DNA from: Gemmatimonadales bacterium | GTDB lineage: Bacteria > Gemmatimonadota > Gemmatimonadetes > Gemmatimonadales > GWC2-71-9 | Assembly: GCA_036265635.1 (NCBI GenBank) | Contig: DATAOR010000019.1 | Coordinates: 1-56,152 of the forward strand | Reading direction: 5' to 3' | Length of the DNA stretch: 56,152 nt | Part shown: piece by piece, positions 43,364-56,152 of the stretch | How the letters are laid out: every line of letters begins with the position of its first letter | How positions within the stretch are numbered: position 1 is the first letter of the stretch | The notes under the pieces: model-generated | What the model was told of the DNA's origin: nothing | Databases searched by the model: none | Seen by the model: only the letters and a program-made list of their open reading frames with translations | Position numbers and translations under genes: made by a program

Positions 43364-46300
43364 GCCCTGTCCGTGGGTTGAGGGCCCTTGGCGGCCCGGA
43401 CGTCCCTATCGCGTTGCACTCCCACCACCACCGTGTGGCCGTCGACATCCACCTGCTGCTCGAGGTCGGGGGCCGGGGCGCGGGCGCCCAGTTCCAGGCG
43501 GCGCGCCAGGGTTTCGCCGCGGATGAAATCGGCATAAGCCCGCACCGCCGCCAGGACCGGCTCCCCACCTTCCATCCACACTCCGATACGGTCGGTGTAG
43601 ACGTAACCGGCCTCCTTCCGGAGCCGTTGGATCCGGTTGACCACCTCGCGGGCGGTGCCCTCGTGGCGGAGCGCTTCGTCCAGCCGCGGGTCGAGCGCGA
43701 CGACGTACGGGCCGTCCGCCGCCACGATCCAGTCGCTGGCCACTTCCCGGTCGACCACCACATCCTCGGGCAGGTAGGTGATCGCTTCCCCATCGAGGTC
43801 CAGCCCCGCCTCCCCGCCCTGCTCCAGATGGCGGAGCTGGTCGGCCGTCAACCGTGCCGCCGCGGCCGCCACCTGCGGAGTGCGCTTGCCGTACCGCTTG
43901 CCCAGCGAGCGAAAGTTGGGGCGCGGCTTGAGCCGCACCAGCTCGGCGTCGGAGCTCACGGTCTCGACCGACTTGACGTTGACCTCGGCCCGGAGCAGCT
44001 CGAGCAGCTCCTCGAAGGCGGCCCCCCGCACCGCTCCGGGCACCGCCACCTGCATCCGGCCGAGCGGCTGACGCACTGGGAGCCGGCGCTCCTGCCGGGC
44101 CCCGTGGGCCAGGGACGCCAGCCGGCGCACGGCGTCCATGCCCTGCTCGAGCTCGGGCTGCCGACGACGGCCAACCTGGGGGAACCGGGCAAGGTGGACC
44201 GAGGTTCCCGTGAGCGCGCGGTGGAGCCAGTCGCTGGCGAACGGCGCCGCCGGCGCCAGCAGCCGGCTGACGGTGGCCAGCGCCTCGTGCAGCGTGGCCA
44301 CCGCGGCCGGATCGGCCACGCTATCCACCGCCCAGAAGCGGGCCCGATTGGCCCGCACGTACCATTGGCTCACGTCGTCGACCACGAACTCCATCAGGGC
44401 GCGGACACCGGCGGTCGGATCGTACCCGCTCCAGGCCAGGTGGACCGCTTCGACCGTGGCGTCGAGCCGGCTGAGCAGCCATCGATCGACCAGGGGCCGC
44501 TGGTCCACCGACGGCGCCGTCTCGGGCGACCACTCGCCGGCGTACCCGGCGAAGAACGCGTAGCTGTTCTTCAGCGCGTTGATGAACTTGCCCGCCACGT
44601 CCTTGATGGTAGCGCGATCGAACCGCTTGGGCAGCCACACCTGGCTCGACGCCACCAGGTACAGCCGGACCGCGTCGGCCCCGAACTCCTCGATCATCTC
44701 CCACGGGTTGACCACGTTGCCGCGGCTCTTGGACATCTTCTGGCCGTCGGCGTCGAGCAGCAGCTCGTTGACGATGACGTGGCGATAGGCGGTGCTGTCG
44801 AAGGCCGTGGTGGCGATGGCGAGCAGCGAGTAGAACCAGCCGCGGGTCTGATCCACCCCTTCGCAGATGTAATCCGCCGGGAAGTGGGTCCGGAACTCCG
44901 CCTCGTGCTCGAACGGGTAGTGCCACTGGGCGTACGGCATCGAGCCGGAGTCGAACCAGGTGTCGATCACCTCGGGGGTTCGGTGCTTGATGCCACCGCA
45001 CTCGCAGGGCCAGGTGTACTGGTCGATGTGCGGCTTGTGGGGATCGAAGTCGGCCGGCAGGGGACGACCCCACCGCTCGGCCAGCGCGGCGTAGCTGCCG
45101 ACCACGTCCACATGGGTGGGGTCGTGGTCGCAGACCCAGACCGGCAGCGGAGTCCCCCAGTAGCGATCACGGGAGAGCGCCCAATCCACGTTGTTCTCCA
45201 GCCACTCGCCGAACCGGCCCGCGCCGACCTCGGGCGGATGCCAGTCCACCTGCGCGTTGAGCTCCAGCATCCGTTGCTTGACGGCGGAGGTGCGAACGAA
45301 CCAGCTGTCCCGGGCGTAGTAGATCAGCGGGCTGGAGCAGCGCCAGCAGTGCGGATAGGTGTGACTGTGAGGCTGGGTCAGATGCCAGCGGCCGTCATGC
45401 TTGAGCCGCTGGATGATGAGATCGTTGGTCTCGCGTGCGGTGACCAGCCGGCCTTCGATCTCGGGCCACTGAGTTCCGACGAAAGTCCCGTCGCCCGCGA
45501 CCGGGCGTACCAGCGCTAGGCCGTGCTCCACCCCGGCCTGGAAGTCATCGGCGCCGAACGCCGGCGCCAGATGGACCAGGCCGGAGCCGTCCTCGGCGGT
45601 GACGAAGTCGCCCAGCACCACCAGGCGGCTGGCCCGGTCCTCGGGGAGGGGGACCAGCTCCAGCGGGCGCCGGTAGCGGAGCCCGGCCAGCGCGCGGCCG
45701 GGGAAGGTGCGCACCGCCCCCAGCTCGGCAAAGGTCGGCGCGCCCTTGGCCGAGCTCGAGGCCAGCGCGCCGGCCCGGGCGGTGGCCAGGATCAGGCGCC
45801 GGTCACCCACCTGGTACTCACCGTACTCGAGGTCGGGGTGAGCCGCCACCGCCACGTTGGAGAGCAGCGTCCACGGGGTGGTAGTCCAGACCAGCAGCTC
45901 GCGCGAAGGGTCGTCCGCCAGCGGAAAGGTGAGGTAGACCGAGTTGGTGGTGACCTCGTCGTACCCCTGGGCCAGCTCGTGACTCGACAGCACGGTGCCG
46001 CACCGGGGGCAATAGGGCAGCACCCGGTGGCCCCGATAGAGCAGGTCACGCTCGTGCAGCCGGCGGAGCAGCCACCAGACCGTCTCGATGTACTCGTTGC
46101 TGCAGGTGACGTAGGGGTGCTCGTAATCGAGCCAGTAGCCGATGCGATCCGACAGAGACTCCCAGTCCGACTGGTACTTGAACACGCTCTTCCGGGCCCG
46201 GGCATTGAACTCGGCCACGCCGAAGGTTTCGATGTCGCGCTTGCCGCTGAGCTTGAGCTCCTTTTCGACCTCGATCTCGACCGGCAGGCCGTGGGTATCC

Positions 46301-46554
46301 CAACCCGCGATCCGGGTGACCGCCTTGCCCTGCATCGCCTGGTAGCGGCAGATGAGGTCCTTGATGGTGCGGGCGAACACGTGGTGGATGCCGGGACGCC
46401 CGTTGGCAGTCGGCGGCCCCTCGTAGAACACGAACGCAGGTCCGCCGCGACCGGCCTCGAGAGTCAGCTGGAACAGGCCTTCGGCCTTCCATTGCTCGAG
46501 CAGCTGCTGCTCGAGCCCGTCGGCGCTCAGGTCGGGCCAGGCCGGGTAGGCCAT
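43360..46554 (-). CDS. ileS: Isoleucyl-tRNA synthetase
   Basis: Trimmed to the ATG at 46554, which forms TGATG with the upstream stop. The product is 1064 aa with HIGH-type PTANGRPGIHHV and KMSKS (GQKMSKSRGN). Confidence 0.95.
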   Translation of the reverse strand: MAYPAWPDLSADGLEQQLLEQWKAEGLFQLTLEAGRGGPAFVFYEGPPTANGRPGIHHVFARTIKDLICRYQAMQGKAVTRIAGWDTHGLPVEIEVEKELKLSGKRDIETFGVAEFNARARKSVFKYQSDWESLSDRIGYWLDYEHPYVTCSNEYIETVWWLLRRLHERDLLYRGHRVLPYCPRCGTVLSSHELAQGYDEVTTNSVYLTFPLADDPSRELLVWTTTPWTLLSNVAVAAHPDLEYGEYQVGDRRLILATARAGALASSSAKGAPTFAELGAVRTFPGRALAGLRYRRPLELVPLPEDRASRLVVLGDFVTAEDGSGLVHLAPAFGADDFQAGVEHGLALVRPVAGDGTFVGTQWPEIEGRLVTARETNDLIIQRLKHDGRWHLTQPHSHTYPHCWRCSSPLIYYARDSWFVRTSAVKQRMLELNAQVDWHPPEVGAGRFGEWLENNVDWALSRDRYWGTPLPVWVCDHDPTHVDVVGSYAALAERWGRPLPADFDPHKPHIDQYTWPCECGGIKHRTPEVIDTWFDSGSMPYAQWHYPFEHEAEFRTHFPADYICEGVDQTRGWFYSLLAIATTAFDSTAYRHVIVNELLLDADGQKMSKSRGNVVNPWEMIEEFGADAVRLYLVASSQVWLPKRFDRATIKDVAGKFINALKNSYAFFAGYAGEWSPETAPSVDQRPLVDRWLLSRLDATVEAVHLAWSGYDPTAGVRALMEFVVDDVSQWYVRANRARFWAVDSVADPAAVATLHEALATVSRLLAPAAPFASDWLHRALTGTSVHLARFPQVGRRRQPELEQGMDAVRRLASLAHGARQERRLPVRQPLGRMQVAVPGAVRGAAFEELLELLRAEVNVKSVETVSSDAELVRLKPRPNFRSLGKRYGKRTPQVAAAAARLTADQLRHLEQGGEAGLDLDGEAITYLPEDVVVDREVASDWIVAADGPYVVALDPRLDEALRHEGTAREVVNRIQRLRKEAGYVYTDRIGVWMEGGEPVLAAVRAYADFIRGETLARRLELGARAPAPDLEQQVDVDGHTVVVGVQRDRDVRAAKGPQPTDRA

Positions 46555-47387
46555 CAGGCCAGCCGCTCCACCAGGGTAGTGACCAGCCGGGTCAGCTCCG
46601 GCTCCGCCCGGCCGGCCGTGGCCAGGATGCGGCTGATGTCGGCCGGCTCGAGTGCGTCGGGCAGGCACTGGTCGGTAATGATGGACAGGCCCAGCACCCG
46701 CATCCCCTGGTGATTGGCCACGATGACCTCGGGCACCGTCGACATCCCCACCACGTCGGCCCCGAGCGCCCGGAGCATTCGATACTCGGCCCGGGTCTCC
46801 AGGTTGGGGCCAGCGACCGCGACATAGACCCCCTCGCGCAGCACGATGCCCAGCTCCAGGGCGAGACTTCGGGCCAGCGCGCGGAGCCCGGGATCGTACG
46901 GGGCCGACATGTCGGGAAAGCGGGAACCCAACCGCTCGTCGTTGGGACCGACCAGCGGATTGTCGCCCAGCAGGTTAATGTGGTCGCTGATCAGCATCAG
47001 CTCGCCCGGGGCCCAGAGCGGGTTCATCCCACCGCAGGCATTGGACACGATCAGGGTACGCACGCCGAGGGCGTGCATCACTCGCACCGGAAAGGTGACC
47101 TGCCGGAGGTCGTACCCCTCGTACCGGTGAAACCGGCCCTGCATGGCCACCACCGGTCGGCCGCCCAGACGGCCGAGCAGCAGCTGCCCGGCATGGGACT
47201 CCACGGTGGAGAGGGGAAACCCTGGAATATCCCCGTAGGGCACACGCGTTTCGACCTCGATCTCACGGCCCAGGCCGCCCAGGCCGGTCCCCAGGATGAT
47301 GCCGATTTCGGCCGCGCCGGCATGACGCCGGCGGACGGCTTCGGCCGACGCCTGGACCTGTTCGAACAAGCCGGCCGTCGCCGTCAC
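46554..47387 (-). CDS. punA: Purine nucleoside phosphorylase (trimeric PNP family)
   Basis: 277 aa with [36 protein letters not shown] and [12 protein letters not shown]. Confidence 0.85.
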   Translation of the reverse strand: MTATAGLFEQVQASAEAVRRRHAGAAEIGIILGTGLGGLGREIEVETRVPYGDIPGFPLSTVESHAGQLLLGRLGGRPVVAMQGRFHRYEGYDLRQVTFPVRVMHALGVRTLIVSNACGGMNPLWAPGELMLISDHINLLGDNPLVGPNDERLGSRFPDMSAPYDPGLRALARSLALELGIVLREGVYVAVAGPNLETRAEYRMLRALGADVVGMSTVPEVIVANHQGMRVLGLSIITDQCLPDALEPADISRILATAGRAEPELTRLVTTLVERLA

Positions 47388-48067
47388 CCGCGCGCCCCGA
47401 ACAGCACGGTGCCAATCCGGATCATCGTGGCCCCTTCCTCCACCGCGGTCGGAAAATCGCCCGACATACCCATGGACAGCTCCGGCAGCCGAGCCCCTCG
47501 GCGTTCGGCCGTGTCCCGCAGCTCTCGCAGCCGGCGGAAGGCCCGCCGCTGCTCCGTCACATCATCGGTGAGCGCGCTCATGGTCATCAGCCCCCGAAGC
47601 TCGAGCCGCTCCAGCCGAGCCACCGTCTCCAGCAGGGCCGGCAATCCGGCCGGCTCGACGCCGCCCTTCTGCGGCTCCTCGCTGCAGTTGACCTGGAGCA
47701 GGATAGGCTGGCGCCCTCCGGCGGCAGCGCGCCGGTCCAGCTCCACGGCCAGGTCCTCCCGATCCACCGAATGGATCAAGGCGAACCGGCCGGCCGCGTG
47801 CCGCGCCTTGTTCTTCTGCAGGCTGCCGATCAGGTGCCAGGCCACCGCGAGCTCGCCCAGCTGATCCTGTTTCTGGAGCGCTTCCTGGACCCGGTTCTCG
47901 CCCACGTCTCCCAGCCCGGCCGACACGGCCGCCCGGACTGCTTCGGGGCCGTGCGTCTTGGTGACCGCCACGATCGTTACCGGATGGGTCCAGCCCGCCG
48001 ACGCCTGATGCCGCGCCACGGTTTCACGGACCCGGGCCAGGCGCTCGGGCAAGGCCGGGAAGTCCAT
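47384..48067 (-). CDS. yggS: YggS-family PLP homeostasis protein
   Basis: 227 aa with VAVTKTHG (PLP lysine context), GENRVQE and MGMSGDF. Confidence 0.85.
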   Translation of the reverse strand: MDFPALPERLARVRETVARHQASAGWTHPVTIVAVTKTHGPEAVRAAVSAGLGDVGENRVQEALQKQDQLGELAVAWHLIGSLQKNKARHAAGRFALIHSVDREDLAVELDRRAAAGGRQPILLQVNCSEEPQKGGVEPAGLPALLETVARLERLELRGLMTMSALTDDVTEQRRAFRRLRELRDTAERRGARLPELSMGMSGDFPTAVEEGATMIRIGTVLFGARG

Positions 48068-48096
48068 AGCCTTCTAATTTACTTCGACTTGAGCGG

Positions 48097-50466
48097 TTAT
48101 TGCAGTGCCGGGGCTGCCGGCGCGGACCCATCCCCGCCGGCGGCATCCGCGACCGAATCCACCATCGCCTGAAGGCCGGCGGCGACCGTGGGATTGGGGG
48201 TCAGCCGGCCGGCCAGGTCGGCCGCTCGCCGAGCCGGTCCGATGGCGTCCCGGTCGAGGTAGGCCGCCACCAGGAAGGCGGGTGGCAGACTGAGTCCGGC
48301 GGCGACACTCTCGCTGGTGGACTCGAGACCTTCGGCGCCGTGCTCCACCAGGCCGGCATAGCGGTAGGTCTCGAACACCAGCCGCCCGGTTGTGGGCACG
48401 TCGAGCGGGGCCCCGGCCAGACGGTGGAGGTCGAGGTCAGGACTGGTGGTGTCAGGCCGCTGAGCCTGCAGCTCAAACCCCAACCCCCGCTGGACCACGA
48501 ACTGGCCCAGTCCGGCGAAGGCTCGTCCGGTGGTCGAGGCCCATACGATGGGCCGCCGCCCGACATTGCGCTGGATCAGCGCCAGGGCCAGCAGTTCGTT
48601 GGGGTACAGAAAGCTGCCACGAGCCAGGGTGCGAGTGAGGGGTCCGAGCCGGACATCCTGCCGGTCGGCGACCAGGTAGCCCCGCATGGCGGCCGCAATC
48701 ATCGGGTCGGTCATCGCGTGGGCCGGGCCAGTCGGTCGAGCAATCACCCGCGACCGCCACACCGCCGGCAGCGCCGGGAGGTCGAGCGAGCCCGGCGGGG
48801 TGTCCCGCAGCTGGCGCATGTACCAGTCGGTGTTGGCCAGGGCGAGGCATACCACGGTCACGTCCCGCCGGATACCGGCCACCTCCTGCGCCCACCACAG
48901 CGGGAAGGTGTCGTTGTCGCCGTAGGTGAAGAGAATGCCGTACGGCGGCGTACTGTTGAGCAGGTCGTAGGCGAAATCCGCGGCCAGACGGGCGTCCGCG
49001 CCCTGGCGGCGCGAGGCTGCCGACCAGTTGAGGCCCACCGGCATCAGGGCCGCCAGCAGAGCCACGGGTGCCAGCCAGAGGGCCAGGCCACCCCGCGCTG
49101 CCAGCGTTCGGGCCACCTCCCCCAATCCGACCCCTGCCCAAAGGCCCCACACAATGAAGCTCACCACGAAGAAGTAGTCCCGCTCGCGCACCTCGTGGCT
49201 CGCCGGGTTGCTCCACACGTCGTACCAGCGCCCGTATCCCGGCTTGAAATTCATGTAGCCGACCAGGCCCAGGCCGGTCACCAGGAACAGCAGCAGCAGG
49301 AGCAGCCACACCGCCCGATCCTGCCGTCGCTGCGCCGCCATGCCTCGAAGTCCGAGGGAGGCGAAGGCAAGCGTCACCAGCGTCCGCGCGGGGAGCGGAC
49401 CGAGCCGCCCGGACATTGACCGGGCCCACTGCCAGTCGAACCACACAGCGTAGTCGAGCAGCTGAACACCGAGCAGCCGGAACGACCGGCCTGGATTGGC
49501 GCCACCCGAGGCGACCGTCGGGTCGTCCCACGGGGTCCGCGGCGGATACTGCGCCCGGCGGATCACGGCCAGCAGCGCATCCATTGTGCTGGGCGCAGCC
49601 TCGTTGAGCGCCGGGTGCTGGGCCGCCCTGAGAAAGAGGAAGAGATAGGGCGTAACCCCGACGACCGCGAGCCCCAGGCTCGCCGCGGCAAAGGTCCCCG
49701 CCCCACCCCGCGCCGCGTAGAGCGCGGCCACGATGAAGCAGCCCGCGCCCACGGTCGCGAGGGTGGTGCTGCCGAGACCGGTTCCGACCAGGAGCGCCCA
49801 GACGCCGGCCACGACGGCGATCTGCCCCCACTCGAGCCGGCGAACCGCCGGCTCCGCCGCGGGCGTGGAGCGCACCACCGCCACCAGGAATGCCACCATG
49901 GCCGGTCCGGCGAGGAGCGCCAGTAGATGGGTACCGATCGACACGCCGGCCAGGTAGACCAGGAGCAGCAGCAGCCGGCCCGAACCGGGCTCCGACCGCT
50001 TGCGGCGCCACAGGACCACGGTCCACGCCATCGCCGCGATGGTGAACGTGGCGACGGCGTAGACTTCGGTCTCGTTGGAGTTCTGCCAGTTGGTGAAGGT
50101 GAACGCGCCGACGATGGCGGAGGCGGCCGCGACCCAGACCCGCAGGCGAGGCTCCGCCTCCACCAGCGAGGCATGGACCACCAGAAAGAAGCCGGCCGCC
50201 CCTGCCGCGCTGAACAGGGCGCTCAGCAGATTGGTCCGAAGGGCGTACTCGCCGATCGGCACCGCCAACCCCCAGACGTGGGCCAGGAGCACGAACAGGG
50301 GGGTGCCCGGGGGGTGGGGGATGCCCAGCACCTTGGCGGCGGCGATGAACTCGCCGGCGTCCCAGAACGTCACCGTGGGCGCCAGCGTCAGGACATAGCC
50401 CCCGAGCACCGCCAGCCCGACCGCGACCGCGGCCCGATAGGGCGGCGCGGAGGCTGGGCGGCTCAT
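48097..50466 (-). CDS. DUF2723-family polytopic membrane protein (GT-C-like putative glycosyltransferase)
   Basis: 789 aa. The N-terminus reads APTVTFWDAGEFIAAAKVLGIPHPPGTPLF. It has more than 10 TM helices followed by a large soluble C-terminal domain. Confidence 0.7.
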   Translation of the reverse strand: MSRPASAPPYRAAVAVGLAVLGGYVLTLAPTVTFWDAGEFIAAAKVLGIPHPPGTPLFVLLAHVWGLAVPIGEYALRTNLLSALFSAAGAAGFFLVVHASLVEAEPRLRVWVAAASAIVGAFTFTNWQNSNETEVYAVATFTIAAMAWTVVLWRRKRSEPGSGRLLLLLVYLAGVSIGTHLLALLAGPAMVAFLVAVVRSTPAAEPAVRRLEWGQIAVVAGVWALLVGTGLGSTTLATVGAGCFIVAALYAARGGAGTFAAASLGLAVVGVTPYLFLFLRAAQHPALNEAAPSTMDALLAVIRRAQYPPRTPWDDPTVASGGANPGRSFRLLGVQLLDYAVWFDWQWARSMSGRLGPLPARTLVTLAFASLGLRGMAAQRRQDRAVWLLLLLLFLVTGLGLVGYMNFKPGYGRWYDVWSNPASHEVRERDYFFVVSFIVWGLWAGVGLGEVARTLAARGGLALWLAPVALLAALMPVGLNWSAASRRQGADARLAADFAYDLLNSTPPYGILFTYGDNDTFPLWWAQEVAGIRRDVTVVCLALANTDWYMRQLRDTPPGSLDLPALPAVWRSRVIARPTGPAHAMTDPMIAAAMRGYLVADRQDVRLGPLTRTLARGSFLYPNELLALALIQRNVGRRPIVWASTTGRAFAGLGQFVVQRGLGFELQAQRPDTTSPDLDLHRLAGAPLDVPTTGRLVFETYRYAGLVEHGAEGLESTSESVAAGLSLPPAFLVAAYLDRDAIGPARRAADLAGRLTPNPTVAAGLQAMVDSVADAAGGDGSAPAAPALQ

Positions 50467-51260
50467 CGGGCCGGGGGGGTCAGTCCCGGGGCGCTCGAGG
50501 CCGCCGCCGTCCGGCCGGCGAGCAGCGCCGCCACCTGCTCGGCCGTAAGGTGGCGCTGGAGTGCTCCTCCCTGCGCCACCGACACGGTCGCGGTCTCCTC
50601 CGACACGACCAGCACCAAGGCGTCGGTTTCCTCCGACAACCCGAGAGCGGCTCGATGCCGGGTGCCGAGCGAGCGATCGGCGATCACGTGCTGGGTGAGC
50701 GGAAGAATGCAGCCGGCGCCGACGATCTCGTCCCCCCGGATGAGGACCGCCCCGTCGTGCAGCGGGGAATACGGGCTGAAGATGGTGGCGAGCAGATCAG
50801 CCGAGACGGTGGCCCGCATGGCCGTGCCGGTCTCGAGGTATTCATCCAACCGAACCCCCCGCTCGACCACGATGATGGCACCTGTGGCGCTCCGGCTCAG
50901 CCGCTCGGCCGCTTCGGCGAGCTCACTGGCCAGGGCCGGCGCGGATCCCCCGCCGAACACCCGGAACACCCGGCTCTGGCCCAACCGGGCCAGCGCCTGC
51001 CGCAGCTCGGGCTGGAACACCACCAACGCTGCGAACACGCCGTAGGTGAAGACGACGCCGAGCAGGTAGGTGATCATGGTGAGCTTGAGGAGGAAGGCGC
51101 CCAGGTAGATCACCACCAGGACCAGGAGCCCGAAGACGATCTGCAGCGCCCGGGTGCCGACCAGGAACCGCAGCAGCGCGTAGAGCACATAGGCCACGAT
51201 CAGGACCTCGAGCAGGTCCCGCCAGCCGGGCGTGGGAAAAGGCAGCTGGCCGATCGGCAT
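50463..51260 (-). CDS. cdaA: Diadenylate cyclase CdaA (DacA)
   Basis: Trimmed to the ATG at 51260, which forms TGATG with the folP stop. The product is 265 aa with three N-terminal TM helices and a DAC domain containing HDGAVLIRG (DGA) and GTRHRAALG (RHR). Confidence 0.88.
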   Translation of the reverse strand: MPIGQLPFPTPGWRDLLEVLIVAYVLYALLRFLVGTRALQIVFGLLVLVVIYLGAFLLKLTMITYLLGVVFTYGVFAALVVFQPELRQALARLGQSRVFRVFGGGSAPALASELAEAAERLSRSATGAIIVVERGVRLDEYLETGTAMRATVSADLLATIFSPYSPLHDGAVLIRGDEIVGAGCILPLTQHVIADRSLGTRHRAALGLSEETDALVLVVSEETATVSVAQGGALQRHLTAEQVAALLAGRTAAASSAPGLTPPAR

Positions 51261-52425
51261 CAGGCGCCGGTCACCGCCTGCGCGACCGCCAGCGCCTGCC
51301 GTGCGGCGGCGACGTCGTGGACCCGGAAGATCCGGGCCCCCCGTTCCCACGCCAGGACACAGGCCGCGGCCGTGGCCTGATCCCGATCCGCCACGTCGCC
51401 GCCCGTTGCGGTTCCCAGGAACCGCTTCCGCGACGGCCCCACCAGCAGCGGCCGGCCCAAGGCCTGCAGCGCCTCGAGCTGATCGAACAGGGTCAGCGTC
51501 TGCTCCGGTGTCTTGGAGAAGCCGAGCCCGGGATCCAACGCGACCGCATCCGGCGCGATGCCGGCCGCCGTGGCCGCCTGCAGCGCGATGCGGAGCTCAG
51601 CCACGACCTCGGCGACGACATCGGCATACACGGCATGGGTGTACGACGCGAGCTCGAGAATACCGCCCCGCGAGTGCATCAGCACCGCACCGGCCCCATA
51701 CCGGGCCACGACCCGGGCCAGCCCGGGTTCGAGCCGGAAGCCGGTGACGTCGTTGACCGCGGCCGCGCCGGCCTCGAGCGCGGCCTGACCGACCTCGGCT
51801 TTCACGGTATCGATGGTGAGGATGGCCTGGGGAAACCGGCGGGCCAGCTCATCGATCACCGGCAGGACCCGGGCCAGCTCGACTTCGGTCGGGACCGCCT
51901 CCACCCGCCCCGGCCGGGTCGACTCCCCGCCGATGTCGAGCAGGCCGGCGCCCGCCTCCAGCAGCGCCTCCGCCTGCGCCACCGCCGCCTCGAGCCCGAG
52001 ATAGCGCCCGCCATCGCTGAAGCTGTCGGGCGTGACGTTGAGGATGCCCATGATGGCCGGCCGGTCGAGGCGGACGGGGCCGCGGGCAGTCCGCCACTCC
52101 TGCACCGGCTCGGCCGGCAGGGCGAGGCCGATCTCGGTGGCGAGCGGCGCGAGCACGGGGGGAACCGTCCAGGGGCGAGCCAGTGCGCCGAGGCGCGAGC
52201 GGCTGCCGGCGAGCACGGCCCAGCCGTCGCCGGTCAGGATGTCGAGCCCGAGCGAGCCGGTCAGCCGCACCAGGGCTTCGACCGTCTCGGGGTCCAGTTC
52301 GGTGAGGTGAAAGGCGAGGGGGCGAAGGCCGCCGGCCGCGGCGGCCGCGACGCCGGCGTCCCACCCGTGGGCGCCCAGCGTGGCCTGCAGGGCGCGCGGC
52401 GAGTGGAGCGCCAGCGGCGTGACGG

Positions 52426-52429
<4 letters not shown>
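51260..52429 (-). CDS. folP: Dihydropteroate synthase with approx. 120-aa N-terminal extension
   Basis: 389 aa. The DHPS core starts at [16 protein letters not shown] and contains [10 protein letters not shown]. The first approx. 120 aa have no motif I recognise. Confidence 0.88.
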
Positions 52430-54414
<1,985 letters not shown>

Positions 54415-54969
54415 TTATGCCAAGTCCGCGATGAACGGGAGGTGCCGGTAGTTTTCGGCGTGGTCGAGTCCATACCCGACCAGGAAGGCCGGCGGCGCCC
54501 GGAACCCGATGAACTTCGGCTCCGGACGGGTTTCGACCGCGATCTGCTTGTCGAGCAGGGCGCAGATCGCGAGGCTCCTGGGCCGGCGAGTACCCAGCAG
54601 CGTCATCAGGCGCTGGAGGGTCTTCCCTGTATCAATAATATCCTCAACCAGGAGAATGTGTTTCCCTTCGAGCCGGGTCTCCGGGTCGTACACCAGGCGG
54701 ACGGTCCCGCTGGACACCTTGCTGTCGGCATACGAGCTGGCCACCAGGAAGTCCACCTGGATGGGTCGCTCGATGGTGCGGACCAGGTCGCTGAGAAAGA
54801 TGAAGCTCCCCTTCAGCAGTCCCAGCACCAGCAGGTCGCCGTCGGGGTAGGCCTCGGTGATCTCCGCGCCCAGCTCCTCGACCCGGGCGGCGATGGTGGG
54901 CTGGTCGAAGACGATCGACTTGACCGGCCGCCCCCCCGTCCGGCGCAGGATATCAGGCGTACTCAGCAT
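54415..54969 (-). CDS. hpt: Hypoxanthine-guanine phosphoribosyltransferase
   Basis: The track ORF is over-extended across tilS. I trimmed it to the ATG at 54969, giving 184 aa. Contains the PRPP motif ILLVEDIIDTGKTL and VGYGLD. Confidence 0.9.
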   Translation of the reverse strand: MLSTPDILRRTGGRPVKSIVFDQPTIAARVEELGAEITEAYPDGDLLVLGLLKGSFIFLSDLVRTIERPIQVDFLVASSYADSKVSSGTVRLVYDPETRLEGKHILLVEDIIDTGKTLQRLMTLLGTRRPRSLAICALLDKQIAVETRPEPKFIGFRAPPAFLVGYGLDHAENYRHLPFIADLA

Positions 54970-56152
54970 CGACCCGTACAGCCTCCATTCCCGGCGCAGG
55001 CAGGGCGGTCTCACTTCGGCTGACGCCTGGCACCCAGACCAGGCCGTCCGGGCCGGCGACGACGGGCCACCCGCCGCGCCGGCTCCGCGGGATACGGGCA
55101 TCCTGGAAACAGCGGACCAGCCGGCGCCGACCGTTCCCGCCGAGCGGACGGATTCGCTCGCCGGCGGCCCAGCCTCGCACCACCAGCGGCACAGGGGCGA
55201 ACCACGCCACCAGGCCGGCCCGGCTTTGCCGGGGCGGCGCCGCCTGGCTCGACCAGCGAAGCCGCCAGCGTCCCCAGCGTCCCTCACCTGCCGCACCCAG
55301 CAGCGGCCAGGCAGCCGTTGTTCCGGCACTTTCGTCACGCGAGACGACGAGACGACCGAACGCGATCTCGGCACTCCAGGCTTCCCCGAGCGGCACCGAG
55401 GTCCCGCTGACCGCACGCGAAGCGAGGGCCAAGGCCCGCGCGGCTCGGCGGGGGCCCAAGCGGCAGCCGGCCCGGCGCGCCGCCGCCAGAAGCACGGTCT
55501 CGGCCAGGGCTGAATCATATCCGCTGAGCACACCCGCAGCAACGGAAAAGCCGTCGTGCTCGAGCCGGAAGTCGAGTCCCGGCAACAGCTCGACGGCCTC
55601 CTGCCAGGCCCGGCGGTCGCGGGCCGCCTGGCGACCGAGCCGGAGGAGCGCACCATCCACCCCGGTTAAGCGGCGGCGGAGTGCGGGCAGGACCTCGCCC
55701 CTGACCCAGGCGCGAAGATGCCGAGGATCGGTGTTGGCGGGATCGGTCCACGCTTCCAGCCCCTCCGATCGGAGGTACGCCAGGATCTCGCTCCGGTGAA
55801 AAGAGAGCAGCGGCCGGATCATCACTCCGCGGCGGTTGCTGATGGCGGCCAAGCCGGCCGGGCCCGAGCCTGCCAGGGCCCGCATGAGCACTGTCTCGGC
55901 CTGGTCATCCGCCTGGTGTGCGGTGAAGATCAGCTCGGCGCCGAGGCTCAGCCGGGTCCGCTCCAGCCAGGCGTAGCGAGCGGCCCGGGCCGCCGTCTCG
56001 CCGGCGGCCCGACCCAGCAGGCCTCGACCCACCTCGCAGCCGAGACGATAGCGGGCCGCCAGGGCTTGGACGCCCGCCGCCACCCCCTCACTGTCCGGAT
56101 GAATCCCGTGGTCGAAATGGGCGACGACCAGGTCCAACCCGTGGGTCTCGCG
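54953..56152 (-). CDS. tilS: tRNA(Ile)-lysidine synthase TilS, C-terminal part (N-terminus beyond right edge)
   Basis: The ORF is open to the window edge. It contains VAHFDHGIHPDS and AHQADDQAETVLMRALAGSG, and it sits in the conserved tilS-hpt-ftsH order. Confidence 0.8.
   Translation of the reverse strand, partial: RETHGLDLVVAHFDHGIHPDSEGVAAGVQALAARYRLGCEVGRGLLGRAAGETAARAARYAWLERTRLSLGAELIFTAHQADDQAETVLMRALAGSGPAGLAAISNRRGVMIRPLLSFHRSEILAYLRSEGLEAWTDPANTDPRHLRAWVRGEVLPALRRRLTGVDGALLRLGRQAARDRRAWQEAVELLPGLDFRLEHDGFSVAAGVLSGYDSALAETVLLAAARRAGCRLGPRRAARALALASRAVSGTSVPLGEAWSAEIAFGRLVVSRDESAGTTAAWPLLGAAGEGRWGRWRLRWSSQAAPPRQSRAGLVAWFAPVPLVVRGWAAGERIRPLGGNGRRRLVRCFQDARIPRSRRGGWPVVAGPDGLVWVPGVSRSETALPAPGMEAVRVDAEYA

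Overview
Very GC-rich bacterial chromosome segment. The lineage is unverified; my guess is a high-GC diderm such as Gemmatimonadota. All family calls come from motif recognition in the supplied translations, because no BLAST or HMM search was possible.

Every gene I can support lies on the minus strand: 52 CDS and 2 tRNAs. Most are packed with overlapping or near-zero junctions.

Gene order, read from high to low coordinates:
- tilS(partial)-hpt-ftsH-folP-cdaA-DUF2723
- yggS-PNP-ileS-dksA-like-lspA-rluD
- an approx. 17.5 kb chemosensory/polarity supercluster (41476..23986)
- a peptidase-MA-like gene and a small membrane protein
- tRNA-Val, a secreted TPR protein, tRNA-Asp
- a dcw cluster: rsmH-ftsL-ftsI-murE-murF-mraY-murD-ftsW-murG-murC-ftsQ-ftsA-ftsZ
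- M23 peptidase, hisA, a vWA membrane protein, ftsY, recG(partial)

The most interesting locus is the supercluster. A che operon (cheW-cheY-cheA-cheC ... cheR-cheD-cheB-cheW-cheW) is split by a 10 kb insert. The insert encodes MglA, MglB, two further Roadblock/LC7 proteins, two PATAN(DUF4388)-TPR proteins, an 891-aa TPR protein and a 764-aa protein made of two DnaA-domain-III (Hda-like) AAA+ modules with no DNA-binding domain. Both PATAN proteins carry tandem MshEN-like 24-residue motifs, which suggests c-di-GMP binding. No MCP gene is present in the cluster.

The many long plus-strand ORFs in the track are antisense shadow ORFs of a high-GC genome. No CRISPR arrays, IS elements or rRNA genes were seen.
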